Assembly: GCF_009914755.1 (NCBI RefSeq)
Contig: NC_060927.1
Direction: 5' to 3' (one strand)
From: the human T2T-CHM13v2.0 reference genome, Homo sapiens
Length of the DNA: 64,000 nt
This document shows, piece by piece, positions 51,511-64,000 of this stretch; within the stretch, counting starts at the first letter, position 1; every line of letters begins with the position of its first letter. The notes under the pieces were generated by a model. It ran no database searches. It saw nothing but the letters and a program-made list of their open reading frames with translations, and had not been told where the DNA came from. A program made the position numbers and the translations under genes.

Positions 51511-54120
51511 AGTCTAACTCTTGTGTTATTTGGTGTGACTTACTTGGCAACAGAATGGGAACAGCTCCTTCAAGACAATGGGGTAAGCCTCTTTCACTCA
51601 GGGGAAGCTTACAAGAAGAAGGTTAGAAAATTAAGCTTCAGGCCCATTGCCATCCTTTTCTACTATCAGCTAACACTTCTGCTCTTCTAGGTGGCTTACT
51701 GGGTGGGGTAGTCTAGACCCTTATCTTTGAGTCCTTAGTTATGCTGCTTTTAGGCATGGTTGTTGCACTTGTTTATTTACTGTCAAAATTTCAGAAGAGA
51801 GTACAGAGACTATCCAGTGAATCTGTGTGGCCGAATATGTTTTTCTGACCCTATTATAGCAGCTTTAACCCCTTTGGATCATTTGAATTAATTACTCTTG
51901 CCAGTAAGGAGCTCTTTTCATTGCCTGCTGGTCTCTTGGCACATGATACTTGAAGTGACTGAGCAAAAGCTGTAGTTAAAACTTGAATGTCCTTTTACCG
52001 TGTTCCTGGTGAAAATGTTACTCCACTGGGAACCAGAAATTTTTTTCCCAATATATACCTTAGCTATGCTTTCATTAGGCTCTTCCATTGCTCTATCAGA
52101 CTGACAGCTTCTAGGTGGTACCAGTAGGTCCCCTGATTTTACGTCTATTGCTACACCTCCTTTGCTACAGAACTGGTTCCTCTGATCTGAGGTGATATGT
52201 GTGAGTCCAGGGTCAATGAACCAAATATTTTAAGCTTTAGATAGTGATGCCAAATGAAGCCTTGAGGACAGAAGAGGCAAACCCATACCCAAAATATGTA
52301 TTGATTCCAGTCAAGCTGGATGATTCATTGCCTTTTACAGAGTAGAATGTGGTCCGTGTAGTACAGTTGTTACTAAATGGCCGATTGGGATAAAGGGATG
52401 ATGTCTTTTTGTGGACCCAGTTTGGGTCTCTGTTGCCAACATGTTGGACATTCAGGAGGGAAAATAGCTAGACAAGCCTTGGTGAGCTGGGCTCCATGCT
52501 GTTGGGCCTATCCATAACTTCCTTTCTTGCCACTCTGACTTACTGAACATATTTTTTTGAGCTATGTCTGTACACTTATCATCCCAGAGGCAGGCACTTT
52601 TCAGTTGACCAAACCATTCCGTCTGTTTTGTTATTTATTGCCTCTTCCAAGGAGGTTAATTTTGATGAGCACTAGCATGTAATACAAAAATATAAGGATC
52701 TTCACATAGGCTCATTCACATTCCTTTTTCCTAGAATTACTTGTCTTTGATACTTCAGTATTTCTCTTTTTCAGACTTCTGACCAACCAACTGAGCTGTT
52801 TGCCTCTTTCAGTGAATTTGTAAATATTCTGACCTTGGCACATTCATTTTTCAATAAAAGTAGATAATCACTAAATGCACTGTCCTAATTCTGTACTTTA
52901 GGAAGATTTACGCCACTGCTGTCTGGCTAGCCTGATGAGGACTGATGTGTAGTTACAGTTTATGAAAATACTCTACATGTCTACATGATGGTTCACCTAT
53001 TGGGAATTGCTACAATCTCTAAATTGGTTCTTTTCCCATTACAGATATTTTTAGTATCATAGGGCACTCCAGATTGTGTGGTCCAATTGATAAAGCCACT
53101 GGTAGCATCACCTACAAGTCTTTTCCTGCTCCGAGCCCCATTAAAGGCTGGCAGCCTTCATTTCAACTGGTAAATGGATCAGAGGTGCTTCCAGGTGTAG
53201 ATTATGTTGCCTCCAGAATGTGAAGATTTCTATCAGATGTTGTGGGGTTTTTTTTTGGTGGGAGTTGAAAGATGTTATAATTTATTCTTACTTTGTAAGA
53301 AACATCACAGAATATCCCAGAGCACAGGAAACAAAAACTTTATTAATGAGGCAGAGTTCTGCAACTTTGTACAGTCCATCTCCAATCTTCTGGACGATGT
53401 GTGTCTTACTAAGGCCACCAATTCAGTTGCTATTTCCTGCTCATTAGTCTAAGTAGCATGATGTCATCTATAGAGTAGACTAATAAGTTCTTTACAGTAT
53501 TACAATGGTTCAGGTGTCTTTGGACTATATTATGTCAGATGAGAAAAGGATTAACATATTCCTGAAGCAAGCATATAAATATATACTGTTGTCACTATCA
53601 CATGAATGTTTCTAATCTTCCATTCTTATAGCAATGAAAAAGAATATATTTATCAAATCAATGGTTGAGTATTATGTACCCAAGCATGCACTGATCCTCT
53701 CTAGAAAAGATTACATATTTGTCACAGCACCCTCCAGTTATTCTACAACTAGGTTGAGTTTTTGGTAGGGTGGGGTAGTGTCATTCAGGATCTATGTGGG
53801 CCAGATAATAGCCCAGAGAGTTATGAGAGGGATGAGCACACTGAATTTTTTAGGTCATTAAGTGTGGCACTAATCTTTCTCCCTAGAATGTGATAGTCTT
53901 CTTGATTTATAGTAGGAAGTTTCAGAGATTTCCACCTCGTATTTTTCATTATAAGAGTTTATCTCAATATCCAGAAACCAATATCGGGGTTCTGACAATT
54001 ACTAAGTATGTATATTCCAATCATACTCTGTTGATCATTGAAGTCACCACTGGGTATGTTCATGAACACTATGGACCCAAAGGGAACTTACCTAGGGGCA
54101 GTGTCTCATTTGCTAAGTAG
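51510..54120 (-). pseudogene. pol: Ancient ERVL (HERV16/ERV3-16A3-like) pol relic
   Basis: Minus strand ~53452-53486 reads LVYSIDDIMLL (RT YxDD relic); ~52275-52315 reads LTGINTYFGYGFA (integrase); same gene order as HERV-L; heavily decayed. Confidence 0.75.
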
Positions 54121-54199
54121 TCCCCATAAGTCTTATTATAACAGAGATTAGAAAAGTACCTAGTTGAGATTTAATCCTCACAAAAAAATTATTGAAAGA

Positions 54200-54410
54200 A
54201 TGAATGGACTTCTTTTTATCTGCTTCATATTTCCATAATCGTCTGTATTATATGTTTATCATTTTGCTTCTCTGTTTGTCTATATGCACTGCTTGAGTGT
54301 AAGCTCCATGAAGATATAAAATTTATGTTATCATTATTGTATTCCAGCTTTTAAGAATAGTACCAATCACATGTTGGGCACTTAATATCTGGTAAATAAA
54401 TAAATGAGTT
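54200..54410 (+). mobile_element. L2 3' fragment
   Basis: gagtgtaagctccatgaag...gcacttaatatctggtaaataaataaatga. Confidence 0.6.
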
Positions 54411-55516
54411 GAACATATGGAATTCCATTATACACATAATTTTTGAATCCTAATTGTGATATTTTATTATAAGGCATCATAAAGTTTTAAAATAGCTGCA
54501 TAATATTCAATTGTAAACATGTATAACAATTAAGGACTCTGTTTCCTTATTTCTATAGTTTTCTTTTGTTGATAGAGAAACTACTGTACTGAGAAATTTG
54601 CTGAGAATCTGAAACTACCAAAGGAATTAATGGCAGCCAGAAAAAAAATCATATTTTATTGGGACTAATGAACCATTTACTTAGAATTATAGGCTCAGAG
54701 AAAGGTAAAACTGGAAAGGAACATAACAGTTAGTACTTTCCCCTTCTCATTTTATATATGAAACCAATATGCATGATTGACTTTCCCAAGGAGAATCAAT
54801 GAAGACTGCCTGAAAAGCTACATACATATTTCATAGATAAACTCAAAACCATGTGACTTCAAACTCAGCTACAAATTTATCCAATGACTAACAGTAGGAT
54901 AATTCATGATAAATATTTTAGCCACACTCTATACAATTCAAGCCATTTGACTCCCAGGAATGCTGTCTTAATTAAAATTGTTTTGATTGGAAGCAAAAGA
55001 AATTAACTTGAGCTACCTTAAACACAAACAATATGAAAGAAAAGAGTTTATAAATGGAAAGAAACCAGGAATGTTGACTGGCTGTAGCTATTGTTTTGGG
55101 CTGCCCAGCAAGAATTCTTCCACTCTCCATTTTCAAGTTATAAGTTTTCTGTCTCACTCTTCCACTCAGGACTATGAGGTGGATACAGAATTCATTCTTG
55201 GCCAGTCAGTGACTATTCTCCTAAACACATTTATTGGTTCAGTGTCTATCAAATGATCTTAGCAGGTCAATCAGAATACTCATCTTAAACTGATAACCCA
55301 GATGTCAGAAAAGAGGTTCCGTTGTTGCTAAGGTTGCTCAGCTAGAAGGGTTTATATCTGGTACCATCAACAGCCATTTTCCCCATCAGACAGAAGGAGC
55401 CAGGCAGCAGAATAAAACCAGGCAGAGATGAAAGCAGAAACAGAGAGGGCATCTTTGCCATTACTAGGTTCTAAATTCTAGTCCTCCTAGGCATTGGTTC
55501 CTACTGTCCTTCAATT

Positions 55517-55813
55517 TCCTTCCTTCTTTCTTTCCTTCCTTCCTTCCTTCCTTCCTTCCTTCCTTCCTTCCTTCCTTCCCCCTCCCTCCCTCCCTTCCTT
55601 CCTTTCTCTCTCTCTCATTCTTTCTCTCTCTCTTTCTTTCTTTCTTCTTTCTCTCCTTCTCTCTCTCTTTCTCTCTCTCCTTCCTTCCTTCCTTCCTCTC
55701 TCTCTCTTTCTTTCTCTCTTTCTTTCTTTCTTCTCTCTTTCTCTCCTTCTCTCTCTCTCTTTCTCTCTTTCTCTCCTTCCTTCCTTCCTTCCTTCCCTCC
55801 TTCTTTCTTTTCT
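55517..55813. repeat. ~300-bp pure polypyrimidine/polypurine tract (CCTT/CT/CTTT)
   Basis: Almost no purines on the + strand. Confidence 0.95.
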
Positions 55814-55818
55814 TGTCA

Positions 55819-56020
55819 TTTTTTTTTATACAGAATCTCACACTGCCACTGAGACTTGAGTACATTCCATTAACACGGCTCACTGAAACCTTAACCTCCT
55901 GGGCTCAAGCAATCTTTCTGCCTCAGCCTCCCTAGTAGCTGGGACTACAGGTGTGTGCCACCATGCCCAGCTAATTTGTCATTTTTTTGGAGAGATGGGG
56001 TTTCACCATGTTGCCCAGTC
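55819..56020 (-). mobile_element. AluJ-like fragment, 5'-truncated
   Basis: ctcctgggctcaagcaatctttctgcctcagcctccctagtagctgggactacagg. Confidence 0.8.
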
Positions 56021-56188
56021 TTATTCTCTATGTTTCTCTCAAATATATGAACCAACACTTTTTTTGCTTAAGCTAATTTTTGTTGTTTCAATTATTTGCA
56101 ACCTAAAGAATTCTGACTGTGGTTAAATACAGTAAGGAAGGAAAAAAAGGAATACTAACTATTAAACTGAGGTAAGTTACAGAACCCA

Positions 56189-56258
56189 AGTGCTACTGCA
56201 CTCCAGCCTGGTGACAGAGCGAGATTCTGTCAAAAAAAAAAAAAGAAAAAAAAAAAAA
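56189..56258 (+). mobile_element. Severely 5'-truncated Alu (last ~42 nt + poly-A)
   Basis: ctactgcactccagcctggtgacagagcgagattctgtc + A-tail; aacccaa on both flanks. Confidence 0.85.
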
Positions 56259-59200
56259 GATAACCCAAAAGTAAATAGGTATTTCAAGGATCTGAAATCT
56301 GCACATGGACAGCTTCAGAAATTTAAAGAGTATTGTATATTTCTCTCTGTATTCCTTTCAAGTATTTTCTTCAGTCTTTGTATGTTTTCATTCTTCTTTT
56401 TCAAGATATTGTTTACTTCCTTTCCCATGCACATGTCAGGTGGAGATGAGTGGTTCACTTCTCTTAAATTTATATCACCTTTGTACAAATTTTGGGGGAA
56501 GAGAGAATTAGGCCTAGCTGGGATCAGGGGCTTATCTAATTCCAATCATCTGTGACCAGGGTTGCAGGGTCTCATATTATAAGCGTGACTAGTGAAGTCC
56601 TTCCCTCATGGATGGAACTAGTTTCCAGAAGGAGAAATCTACTGTAGGCTGACAGCACCCAAACACTGACTGTAGCTATTTTATTCAGGTGTCCTTAGTC
56701 TCTCTTCTGAGTATAGATCTTGAATATTATAGGAAATTATGAATTGAAATTTTTCTTAATATTTTTCAGGTTTACCAACTTGGATACAGAAAGTTGGAGT
56801 ATAAATATGAATCCTATTTTACTTAAATAGTATTCTAATCACTTTGTGTGCAGCAATGTCTTATGTCATTATGGAAAAAAAATTTGTTGATTCTTCAGTT
56901 CTTTTCATAAAGCGATGCTCAAAGTGGATTCTCTCTTGTAAATGAAAGAAAAATACACTAAAGTTTATCTATGTAGTGATTAAGCTAGTATATTTAGCCG
57001 GTATGATGGAAAATACTCTTCAAAATTCTTGACACTCAGTTTTTCATCCTGAAAACCATACCATTCTGAATAAACCAGGGAGCCTTTTACCTAAGGTTTC
57101 CTTCATGAACAATTCCTATTTTTTCTCTAAGCTACTCACTATTTTCTCTCTAAGCTACTCCAATCTTTGCTATCAGTAATGGGTTTAAGTGAAAACAGAA
57201 AGAAACATGTAAGCTGGGCCAGCAGTTTACAGAGTGTCACTATATTCTGTTTTCTGTTTTTCATTTTTCCTTTGGCCTAACATTTACTCTTACCTTATCC
57301 TAACTTCCAGTCCTTATCCCTGCAGTAAAAGTAAGATACCAAACATGACTGTGGACAATTTCTTTTTCCAAAAGAGAGTAAAACACCCTGATTTTGTCAA
57401 ACAAAAGCCCTAAGCATTGAGCTGGCCAGTTATTTAGCTGCTCTAGTACTGGATTCATATGTGTGGAGAATATCAGTGCAGCTCCCTGTGAAGGGATGGG
57501 AATGAGTCTCCATGAGAGTAGAAGAGATGACAAATTTCTGTGCTAATTACTTTCCATTCGATTCTTACCCTACCTCACATCATTTTAAAAGAAAATCTTA
57601 TGATGCTAACCCTGGTGTTGGAGCCACAGCTGAAGCTTGACAAGAACAGTGTGGTATTTTCTAACATGGATCAACATGGTTTGCAGAATAAAGAACATTT
57701 GTAAAACATACTGGAGTGTGTAGAGCACACCATCACATGGGGGCTAGGGGAGGGAAGTAGAAGTCTGGGGAGTTGGGGAAATGGAATCATCTAGCTGCTT
57801 AAGGTAAGGTCACAGGTGACATTTCTTGTACAAAATGTATCTCGTATTAAAGGAAGGAGAGAACAAAAATGTAATAGGGAGAAGAGATGCTGCTGGTAGG
57901 AATGGTTGCAGTTGGCCAGTCTGTTCTGTCTAAATTGTGGGACAGAGTAATGAATCCAATTGCAAGAATGAAGAAGTGTTGATTTTTCTTTCTAGGAAAA
58001 CAGTCTCCCGTTTTTATGGCCATGATATATCACTGAATTTTCAAAGTGGAACTTAGATGACTATGGAAAGAAGAAAATAGGAAGATCAATGTTGGAAACC
58101 TACTTTGAGATGTTTCCTGTTCTGGTAGCATTCCACTTTATACATGTCATAGCAAATTATTTTCTCTCAAGATTTTCCTTTCAGTGTGAGATCACTCTCT
58201 TTACCCAGACTTTCTAGAATTTGACTGAAGCTGACTGGAATATACCAAATTATAGCCTTCTACGGTTTTTTTTCATTTTGTATTAGATTATTTTGCCTAT
58301 CATTTCTGCCATTCCTAGGTATATTCCTTTTGTGTCTCATGAAATATTCTTCTAGTCACAAATTTTATTTTTGTTGAAATATTTGAATGTGAATTTTGTG
58401 AATTCTTGATAACTTACACTAAGGCTTTACCTATATACTTTTTCATGCTTCTATACTTTATTCAATCTCCCCTTTTAATAAGTCCCCAAATTGGATTATT
58501 AGTATTCTTTTCATGCTTTTCTTCACATAACACAGTAACCTTTCCTGGTATAATTTAAGCTAATATAATAACCACAAATATCAATGATATGAATGGATTT
58601 TACTCTTACCTGATAAACAGACATTGCTCAAAGGGTTTTATAGTTATTCCTTGGTGATTTCACTTAAGGATAATGGTTTAATTAATGACGCTTCATTATT
58701 AGTATTTATTTACATTTCCCATGTATTTTAAAAATTTTTTTCAGCTTGATTCTGAGAATTATGTTACACATCTTATGGTTAGAGAAACTGAGACAAGTTC
58801 ATAATTAGTAAAGATTCTCGTTTCTCATAAAACTGCTAGTACGATTGCAGAGATATGGCTTTTCCAAGCCTATTCTATTGTGACCGAACTTTCTACTCAC
58901 CTGAAGAGACCCCAGTGAGTACTCCACAACTTTTGGCATTGCTTTAAATCGATTGCCTTTATGAACAAGGTTGTCCTTACTTCTCATCCCTGTGGCATAA
59001 TTAAAACAAACTGTGTACATACTTAATATTACTATATTATGTATTATGCATATATCATATATACTTCTGTTTACTATATTAAAACCAACTCAGAATTTTA
59101 AAAATGCTTTCATATTATTAACTGATTGAGAATTTAAAATCAAATGCATCTGCAACTAACTTATGTATTTGTGTGGAAAGACATCACCACAAGCAAAGGC

Positions 59201-60321
59201 TTTCCCATTTGCCATCCACACTCATCTGACCAGTCATTATGGTCTTGTTTTGTCATCTGGAATTTAAAGAGAACTGCTGCACCTGTAACTCTTCTAGGCA
59301 ACCTAGTTGACAAAAGCCATAAGAGCTAAGGAACTCGGGCAGTTGTAAAGCAAGCAACTTCTTCCAGCCACCTCAGTAGTGCATCCCATTTCTTTTCCCT
59401 CACACTGACCTAAAATCAGTGAGCCTCCTGCTAGATCATTCTGGTAGTGCATACATTTCAAGGTCTCTGTTTCCTACAATGCAGAAGCCCTATAAAGCTA
59501 CAGAGCCATTTCCCCCAGGGAGGCCTAGAGAAGGAGACCCAATCAGGGGGACCTAATATAAATAGCTGGAGTCCTAGGTTTGTTTATTTCCCGACTACCT
59601 CTCTGAATTTCTCCTTTAATATCCACTGACCTCAATAAGAACTTGCACAATTGGAATTTTGATAAGATCTCACCACTTCAAATCCTGCTGTAGGGAAAAA
59701 AAGAGTCCAGATCAATCGTGCTGGGGCAGTTTGGGGCTATAAATCGTACCAGACATGTCAGTTGTATCATCACCCATTATTCTGTTCCTGCTTTTGCCAG
59801 AAAACCTGGTTGTTTTCTAAGTGGCTTGCTTTATCATAAATATTCTGATTTTATGTAGGATTTTTGTTTGTGGCAATATTTTCTTTTCATGTAGGAAATA
59901 GTAACATAACAAAGATAACACTGTATTCTATGAGGGATGTTTTAGAAAAGATAACCTGTCTGTGTGTGCACATTCATGCAAATTTTCTTCCCTGGAGGAG
60001 CCATTCAAACATAGGATTTTGGATAGATTATTTTGTCATTTCCTTATTCTCTAGGATCATACTAATTATAATTTAAGCTTCTTCATGTTTGTTTACTTTT
60101 ATATTTTTAATGTGATGTTTCTGGTTTTGAGGGGCATGGCATTGGATCATTAGAAATTATTGCAAAACTTCAGGAAGCAAATAATTTTTTTCTTTCTTTC
60201 TACCCTTAGAATATATTTACCTTTAAGTAGATTTAAGAGAGAGTTTTATTTATCTCTAGTAAATCAACTTTATCTTCTTAATCTAAGTCTATATTTTTTA
60301 TCTATTTGATTCATCAATTTC

Positions 60322-61990
60322 TTTTAAAAAATTTTTATGTGTACATAGTAGGTGTATATGTTTATGGAGTACATGAGATATTTTGATACAGGCACAATTT
60401 TTTTGTGCCCATTAACCATGCCCACCTTCCCCACCCCTACTATCCTTCCCAGCCTCCAGTAACCATTCTTCTACTCTCTATGTCCATGAGTTCAATTGTT
60501 TTGAGTTTCAGATCCCACAAATAAGTGAGAACATGCAAAGTTTGTCCTTCTGTGCCTAGCTTGTTTCACCTAACACAATGACCTCTGGTTCCATCCATAT
60601 TGTTGCAAATGACTGGATTTCATTATTTTTTTATGTCTAAATAGCACTCCGTTGTGTATACATACCACATTTCTTTATCCATTTGTCCATTGATGGACAC
60701 TTAGGTTGCTTCCAAATCTTGGCTATTGTGAACAGTGCTGCAACAAACATGGGAGTGCAGATATCTCTTTGATATACTGATTTCCTTTATTTTTGGTATA
60801 TACTTAGCAGTGGGATTGTTGAATTATATGGTAGTTCTATTTTTAGTTTTTCAAGGAACCTCCAAAGTGTTCTCCATAGTGGTTTTGCTAGTGTAGATTT
60901 CCACCAAGAGTGTATGAGAATTCGCTTTTCTCCACATCTTCAGCATCATTAGTTATTGTCTGTCTTCAGGATAAAAGTCATTTTAGATGAGTGAGATTTT
61001 ATCTCATTTTAGTTTTGATTTGCATTTCTCTGGTGATCAGTAACATTGAGCACCTTTTCATATACCTGCTTGCCATTTGTGTGTCTTGTTTTGAGAAATG
61101 TCTGTCAGACCTTTTACCCATTTTTTTTTTCATTCAGTTGTTAGATTTTTTTTCCTACTGAGTTGTTTGAGCCTCTTACATATTCAGGTTATGATCCCCT
61201 TGTCAGATGCATAGTTTGCAAATATTTTCTCCCATTCTGTGGACTGTCTCTTTACTTCATTGATTGTTACTTTGCTATGCAGAAACTTTTAAGCTTGATA
61301 TGATTCCCTTTGTCCATTTTTGCTGTGGTTGCCTGTGCTTGTGGGTTATTACACAAAAAAACTTTGCCAAGTCCAGTGTTCTAGGGAGTTTCTCCAATGT
61401 TTTCTTGTAGTAGTTTCATAGTTTCAGGTCTTAGATTTAAGTCTTTAATCCATTTTGATTTTACTTTTTGCATATGTTGAGAGATAGGGGTCTAGGTTCA
61501 TTCTTCTGCATATGCATATCTATTTTTTCTCAGCACCATTTATTGAAAGGACTGCCCTTTCCCCAGTTTATGTTTATTTTATGGAAAATGAGTTCACTGT
61601 AGATTTATAGATCTGTTTCTGGGTTCTCTACTCTGTTCCATTTGTCTGTGTGCCTGTTTTTATGCTGGTATTGTTTCATTTTGGTTACCACAGCTCTGTA
61701 GTATAATTTGAAGTCAGGTAATTTGATTCCTTCAGTTTTGTTCTTTTTGCTGAGGACAGCTTTGGCTATTCTGGGTCTTTTGTGGTTCCATATAAATTTT
61801 CAGATTTTTTTTTTATTTCTAGAAAGAATGTCATTGGTATTTTGATAGAGACTACTTGGAATCTGTAGCTTGCTTTCGTTAGTATGGAAATTTTAACAAT
61901 ATTAAATCTTCCAATCCATGAACATAAAATAGCTTTCAATTTTTTGTATCCTTTAAAATTTCTTTCATCAATGTTTTATAGTTTTTAGCT
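60322..61990 (-). mobile_element. L1MA (MA2/MA3-like) 3' part
   Basis: ttttatgtgtacatagtaggtgtatatg...; antisense ORF2 C-terminal region to ~61990. Confidence 0.9.
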
Positions 61991-64000
61991 TTCCATTTAT
62001 GATTTTGTTCTATTCTGCTCTTTAGTCCATTTGCTAATTTCACTTTTGATAAATATACTTTAAAAATTTAACATTTCTAATTGTTCTCTTTTCTTGAGTA
62101 CACTATCTTCTCAACTCTCTCTGAAGATATCAATTACCTTTTTCTTTTTTTTAAAGTATTCTGTTGTTATGTATCTTTGCAACTTTTCAGGGAGCAGTGT
62201 TCTTGTGTCTGCTGTTTTGTTTGCGCTTGTCTTTCATTGTGTTATTTTTCCTGAGCCACGTGGTGACTCTCAATCGCCTGTTTCTTTTTGTATTTGAGAC
62301 CCTCTATTCCTCAGCTGATGGAAGCTCTTCTGATTCCCAGTGGTTGTCTACAGTGAATGTGGTGTTTGTCAGGTGAGAGCTATGATGTGTGGGTTTTACC
62401 CATAGCTTGCCTTCTGGTAGTTTAAAACTAAGTGTGATACTCTCATCCTTACTGCTTTGCTTTATGAACATGTGCTTTTGCTACCTGTTGCTCAACACAA
62501 ATGTGGAAGGAGAGAGATGCCAAGCAGCACATTTACTTCTATACTTCCCATTTCCAATAATTGTCCTGCATCCCTCTTAAGAATCCCTGACAATAGTACC
62601 ACAAAGTCTGAGATATCCTTGGGGCCAGCCTCACAGTCCCCATCTGCATGTGGTTGAGCCGTGGTTTCTTTCCCCAACTTTATCTTGTTTTCTATTTTTC
62701 ACAGATTTATCCAAATTTCTGATTCACTATTGACAATATTTCTTGTTTAGTCATGCTATTATGGATTTTTGAAATATGAGCTTATTTAAGTATGTAGCTA
62801 GTTATATATTCAGAGGAAGTTGAATAGGCTCAGTCAGCAACTTTAATCGTTTCCTTCTCTTTTAGTATTACTGTAATGTTCAGAGATATAAAAGATTGTG
62901 GTTACAGATAGTATCCTTTGTCTATCCTTCTTCTTTTAAGGATTCTGGTCTATTTTGACTAATCTTTAATTAAGATTTATTTTAGGACACTAATGGAAAT
63001 ATAGTTCATTATAAAGAATTACTATTGAATTAAACAGAGCTGTTCTCCATTCAAATAAGAGTAACTTCTAATTTTCTTAAGAAACTTCTAATTTTCTTAA
63101 GGATTTCTTCAAATCCTCAAACAATATTTTAGAATGCAGCACAAGCAAATTTAAGAAGCCAAATCTCAGTTTCATTAACAATTGACAAAATACCCACAAT
63201 TACTAGCAATAGGAGAAAAAATATAGGCTATAGTAATTTCTCACCTAATTGACCTAAATTGACCATCTCTTTGATAAGTGATTTTCCTCTTTGGAGTTAA
63301 GCAGTGAAACAGTTTTCCCTTTTATCTCATCCTGATAAAGCAGAGTGACATGCAATTTAGTAGAACCAGTTCTAAGTTACACTGGCACTATGGAAGGCTG
63401 GTGGGCTGGCTCCCGTGATGTTTCTGGTAGCTAGACTTACAGAAGATTAAAATGAACATGGCTCTAAAAATATTGTGCTGATACTTTCAGTTTCTCTAAT
63501 GCTGTATTCAGAAATTCAGTCCATTCTTGGATCCAAATATTTTGTTGAGAGACAAGGTATTTTTGACTTTTTTGTATTAATCTTCAAAAAATCCAGTCCA
63601 GGTGGAAATACTTAAGAAATTAAGCAGGGAAATACAGCAACTTAATCCTTGGGTTTCCTGCCAGAAATAACATACTAATGCAAAGAAAAGATGATTAAGT
63701 AGAAGGAAATGCCTCTGTTAGTGAATGTCCTTAATCAAAGCTATTGGGATTATTAACTGTATTAATTTATCTCACAACTTGATAATTTTTGTTTCTGAGG
63801 TGATGAAGCACACTGTGATTTTCTTAGTTCTATGAGGTATATGAACACAATTAGCTGTATTAGTAGCTTCTTTCTTGACTCAAAACAACTGGCAAATTTC
63901 AAAGAAAGGAAAGTAGGGAAGGGGAAAATAATATTAATAGACCTTGGATGCTGAAGGACCATTCAGTCATTGTCAGGCCAAAGCATCACAGGAGGGACCT

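Larger units (their letters stand above)
54975..56680. mobile_element. Nested old MLT1 LTR fragments interrupted by Alus
   Basis: MLT1-like ends at ~54975-55100, ~55200-55510, 56040-56120 (gcttaagcta...gcaacctaaagaattctgact) and 56480-56680. Confidence 0.45.

Noticed and set aside
51124-51690. 188-aa plus-strand ORF
   Set aside because: Lies antisense over an old LTR and ERV junction, has a non-ATG start and no recognisable domain
55464-55883. Charged ERK-rich and SLF-rich ORFs
   Set aside because: Translations of the polypurine/polypyrimidine tract

Overview
This is primate (human-like) AT-rich, CpG-depleted nuclear DNA, intergenic or intronic, not prokaryotic sequence. I see no intact host protein-coding gene, RNA gene or CRISPR array. 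Most listed ORFs are chance ORFs or decayed retroelement/transposase fragments. The window is dense in transposable-element fossils: (1) an old L1 5' half (31-4660); (2) an ERV1-type relic with a nested young L1 3' end; (3) a full-length two-LTR HERV-L (MLT2A) provirus with a perfect 5-bp TSD (10639-17254); (4) a full-length Charlie3/MER1 hAT transposon with a perfect 8-bp TSD (18884-22774), carrying a nested internally deleted THE1 provirus, an Alu and a 47-bp insertion copied from 2.3 kb away; (5) a 5'-inverted (twin-primed) L1PA with a likely short 3' transduction (37249-38289); (6) a second, much older ERVL pol relic (51080-54120); plus Alus, MIR/L2/L3, MaLR LTRs and microsatellites. I find no supportable new biological system; the best findings are mechanistic scars of DNA repair and retrotransposition. 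Repeat subfamily names are from recognition of consensus sequences and need RepeatMasker/Dfam confirmation.
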